From: an uncultured Candidatus Rokubacteria bacterium
GTDB taxonomy: Bacteria > Methylomirabilota > Methylomirabilia > Rokubacteriales > CSP1-6
Assembly (NCBI GenBank): GCA_963762145.1
Contig: CAVXJS010000010.1
Span: 224,001 to 288,000, forward strand
DNA: 64,000 nt
Direction of reading: 5' to 3'
Below the pieces are notes generated by a model. It was not told the origin of the DNA. It was given only the letters and a program-made list of their open reading frames with translations, and did no database searches. The translations under genes and the position numbers were made by a program. This document shows positions 63,486 to 64,000 of this stretch, in pieces (positions within the stretch are counted from its first letter, which is position 1; the number at the start of each line of letters is the position of its first letter).

Positions 63486-64000
63486 GCCGCCTCCCCGCTC
63501 GCGGGCGAGTCCTGGACGTACCGCAGGAAGATGTTCTCGAGGGTGGGCTGGCTCCGCTCGAGGCGATGCAGATCGAAGTGGCCGGCGACCGCGCGGGCGA
63601 TCGCCGCCTCCACGCCATCGCGGGCGTCCACCTGGCAGTCGACGGTGAGCACGCCGGGCTCGGCCGCCTCCGCGCGCAGGTCGACCGCCCGGACCCCGTC
63701 CACCGCCAGTAGCGCGTCTCGCAGGGCGGGCGCAGCCCCGGTGACCCGCAGCGAGACCCGGTTGGTCTGCTCCATCGCGCGCTGGAGGCCGGATGGGGAG
63801 TCGATGGCGAGCAGCCGGCCGTGGTTGATGATGGCCACCCGGCGGCAGATCAGGGTGGCCTCCGCGAGGATGTGGGTGCTGAGCAGGACCGCGTGCTCGG
63901 CTCCGAAGGCCCGGATCACCTCGCGCGTCTCCTGGATCTGGCCGGGATCGAGACCGGCGGTGGGCTCGTCGAGCAGTAGCACCTCGGGCGATCCCAGGAG
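63482..64000 (-). CDS. GldA-like ABC ATP-binding protein (5' part outside window)
   Basis: Walker B LLLDEPTAGLDP, STHIL and LENIFL motifs. Confidence 0.9.
   Translation of the reverse strand, partial: LLGSPEVLLLDEPTAGLDPGQIQETREVIRAFGAEHAVLLSTHILAEATLICRRVAIINHGRLLAIDSPSGLQRAMEQTNRVSLRVTGAAPALRDALLAVDGVRAVDLRAEAAEPGVLTVDCQVDARDGVEAAIARAVAGHFDLHRLERSQPTLENIFLRYVQDSPASGEAA

Noticed and set aside
61201-63618. 805-aa GldG ORF
   Set aside because: The N-terminal extension is an off-frame overlap with the GldF and GldA genes; the real start is near 62790.

Overview
Very high-GC bacterial chromosome segment. Gene content and repeat style suggest Ca. Rokubacteria/Methylomirabilota, but this is an inference. 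Positions 1-38.7 kb are mostly accessory transport and catabolism: a tripartite tricarboxylate transporter, two orphan xanthine-dehydrogenase-family Mo subunits, three LLM oxidoreductases, two SDRs, a peptide-type ABC transporter, a LigB/LigA ring-cleavage cluster and two PAS sensors, plus rnpB. Positions 38.7-54.3 kb are housekeeping: on the minus strand dciA, TPR, lolB-like, ispE, tRNA-Gln, prs, rplY, pth, mutS2, dnaG, rpoD, tRNA-Ile2, zinc ribbon and rnhA, with rlmD divergent. The right end holds ABC permeases, an amidohydrolase, Nramp, VanZ and a GldA/F/G-DUF4340-HupE/UreJ operon carrying His-rich inserts. Many genes, including essential ones, have patchy indels that look like long-read consensus errors. 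I saw no CRISPR array, prophage, integrase or transposase. The best leads are: three families of short palindromic repeats, one inserted inside mutS2 and one showing compensatory covariation; the His-rich Gld-like/HupE candidate metal-handling system; an AT-rich palindromic patch inside rpoD; an orphan 699-aa membrane protein; and frequent apparently leaderless genes. All calls come from reading motifs by eye, with no database searches.
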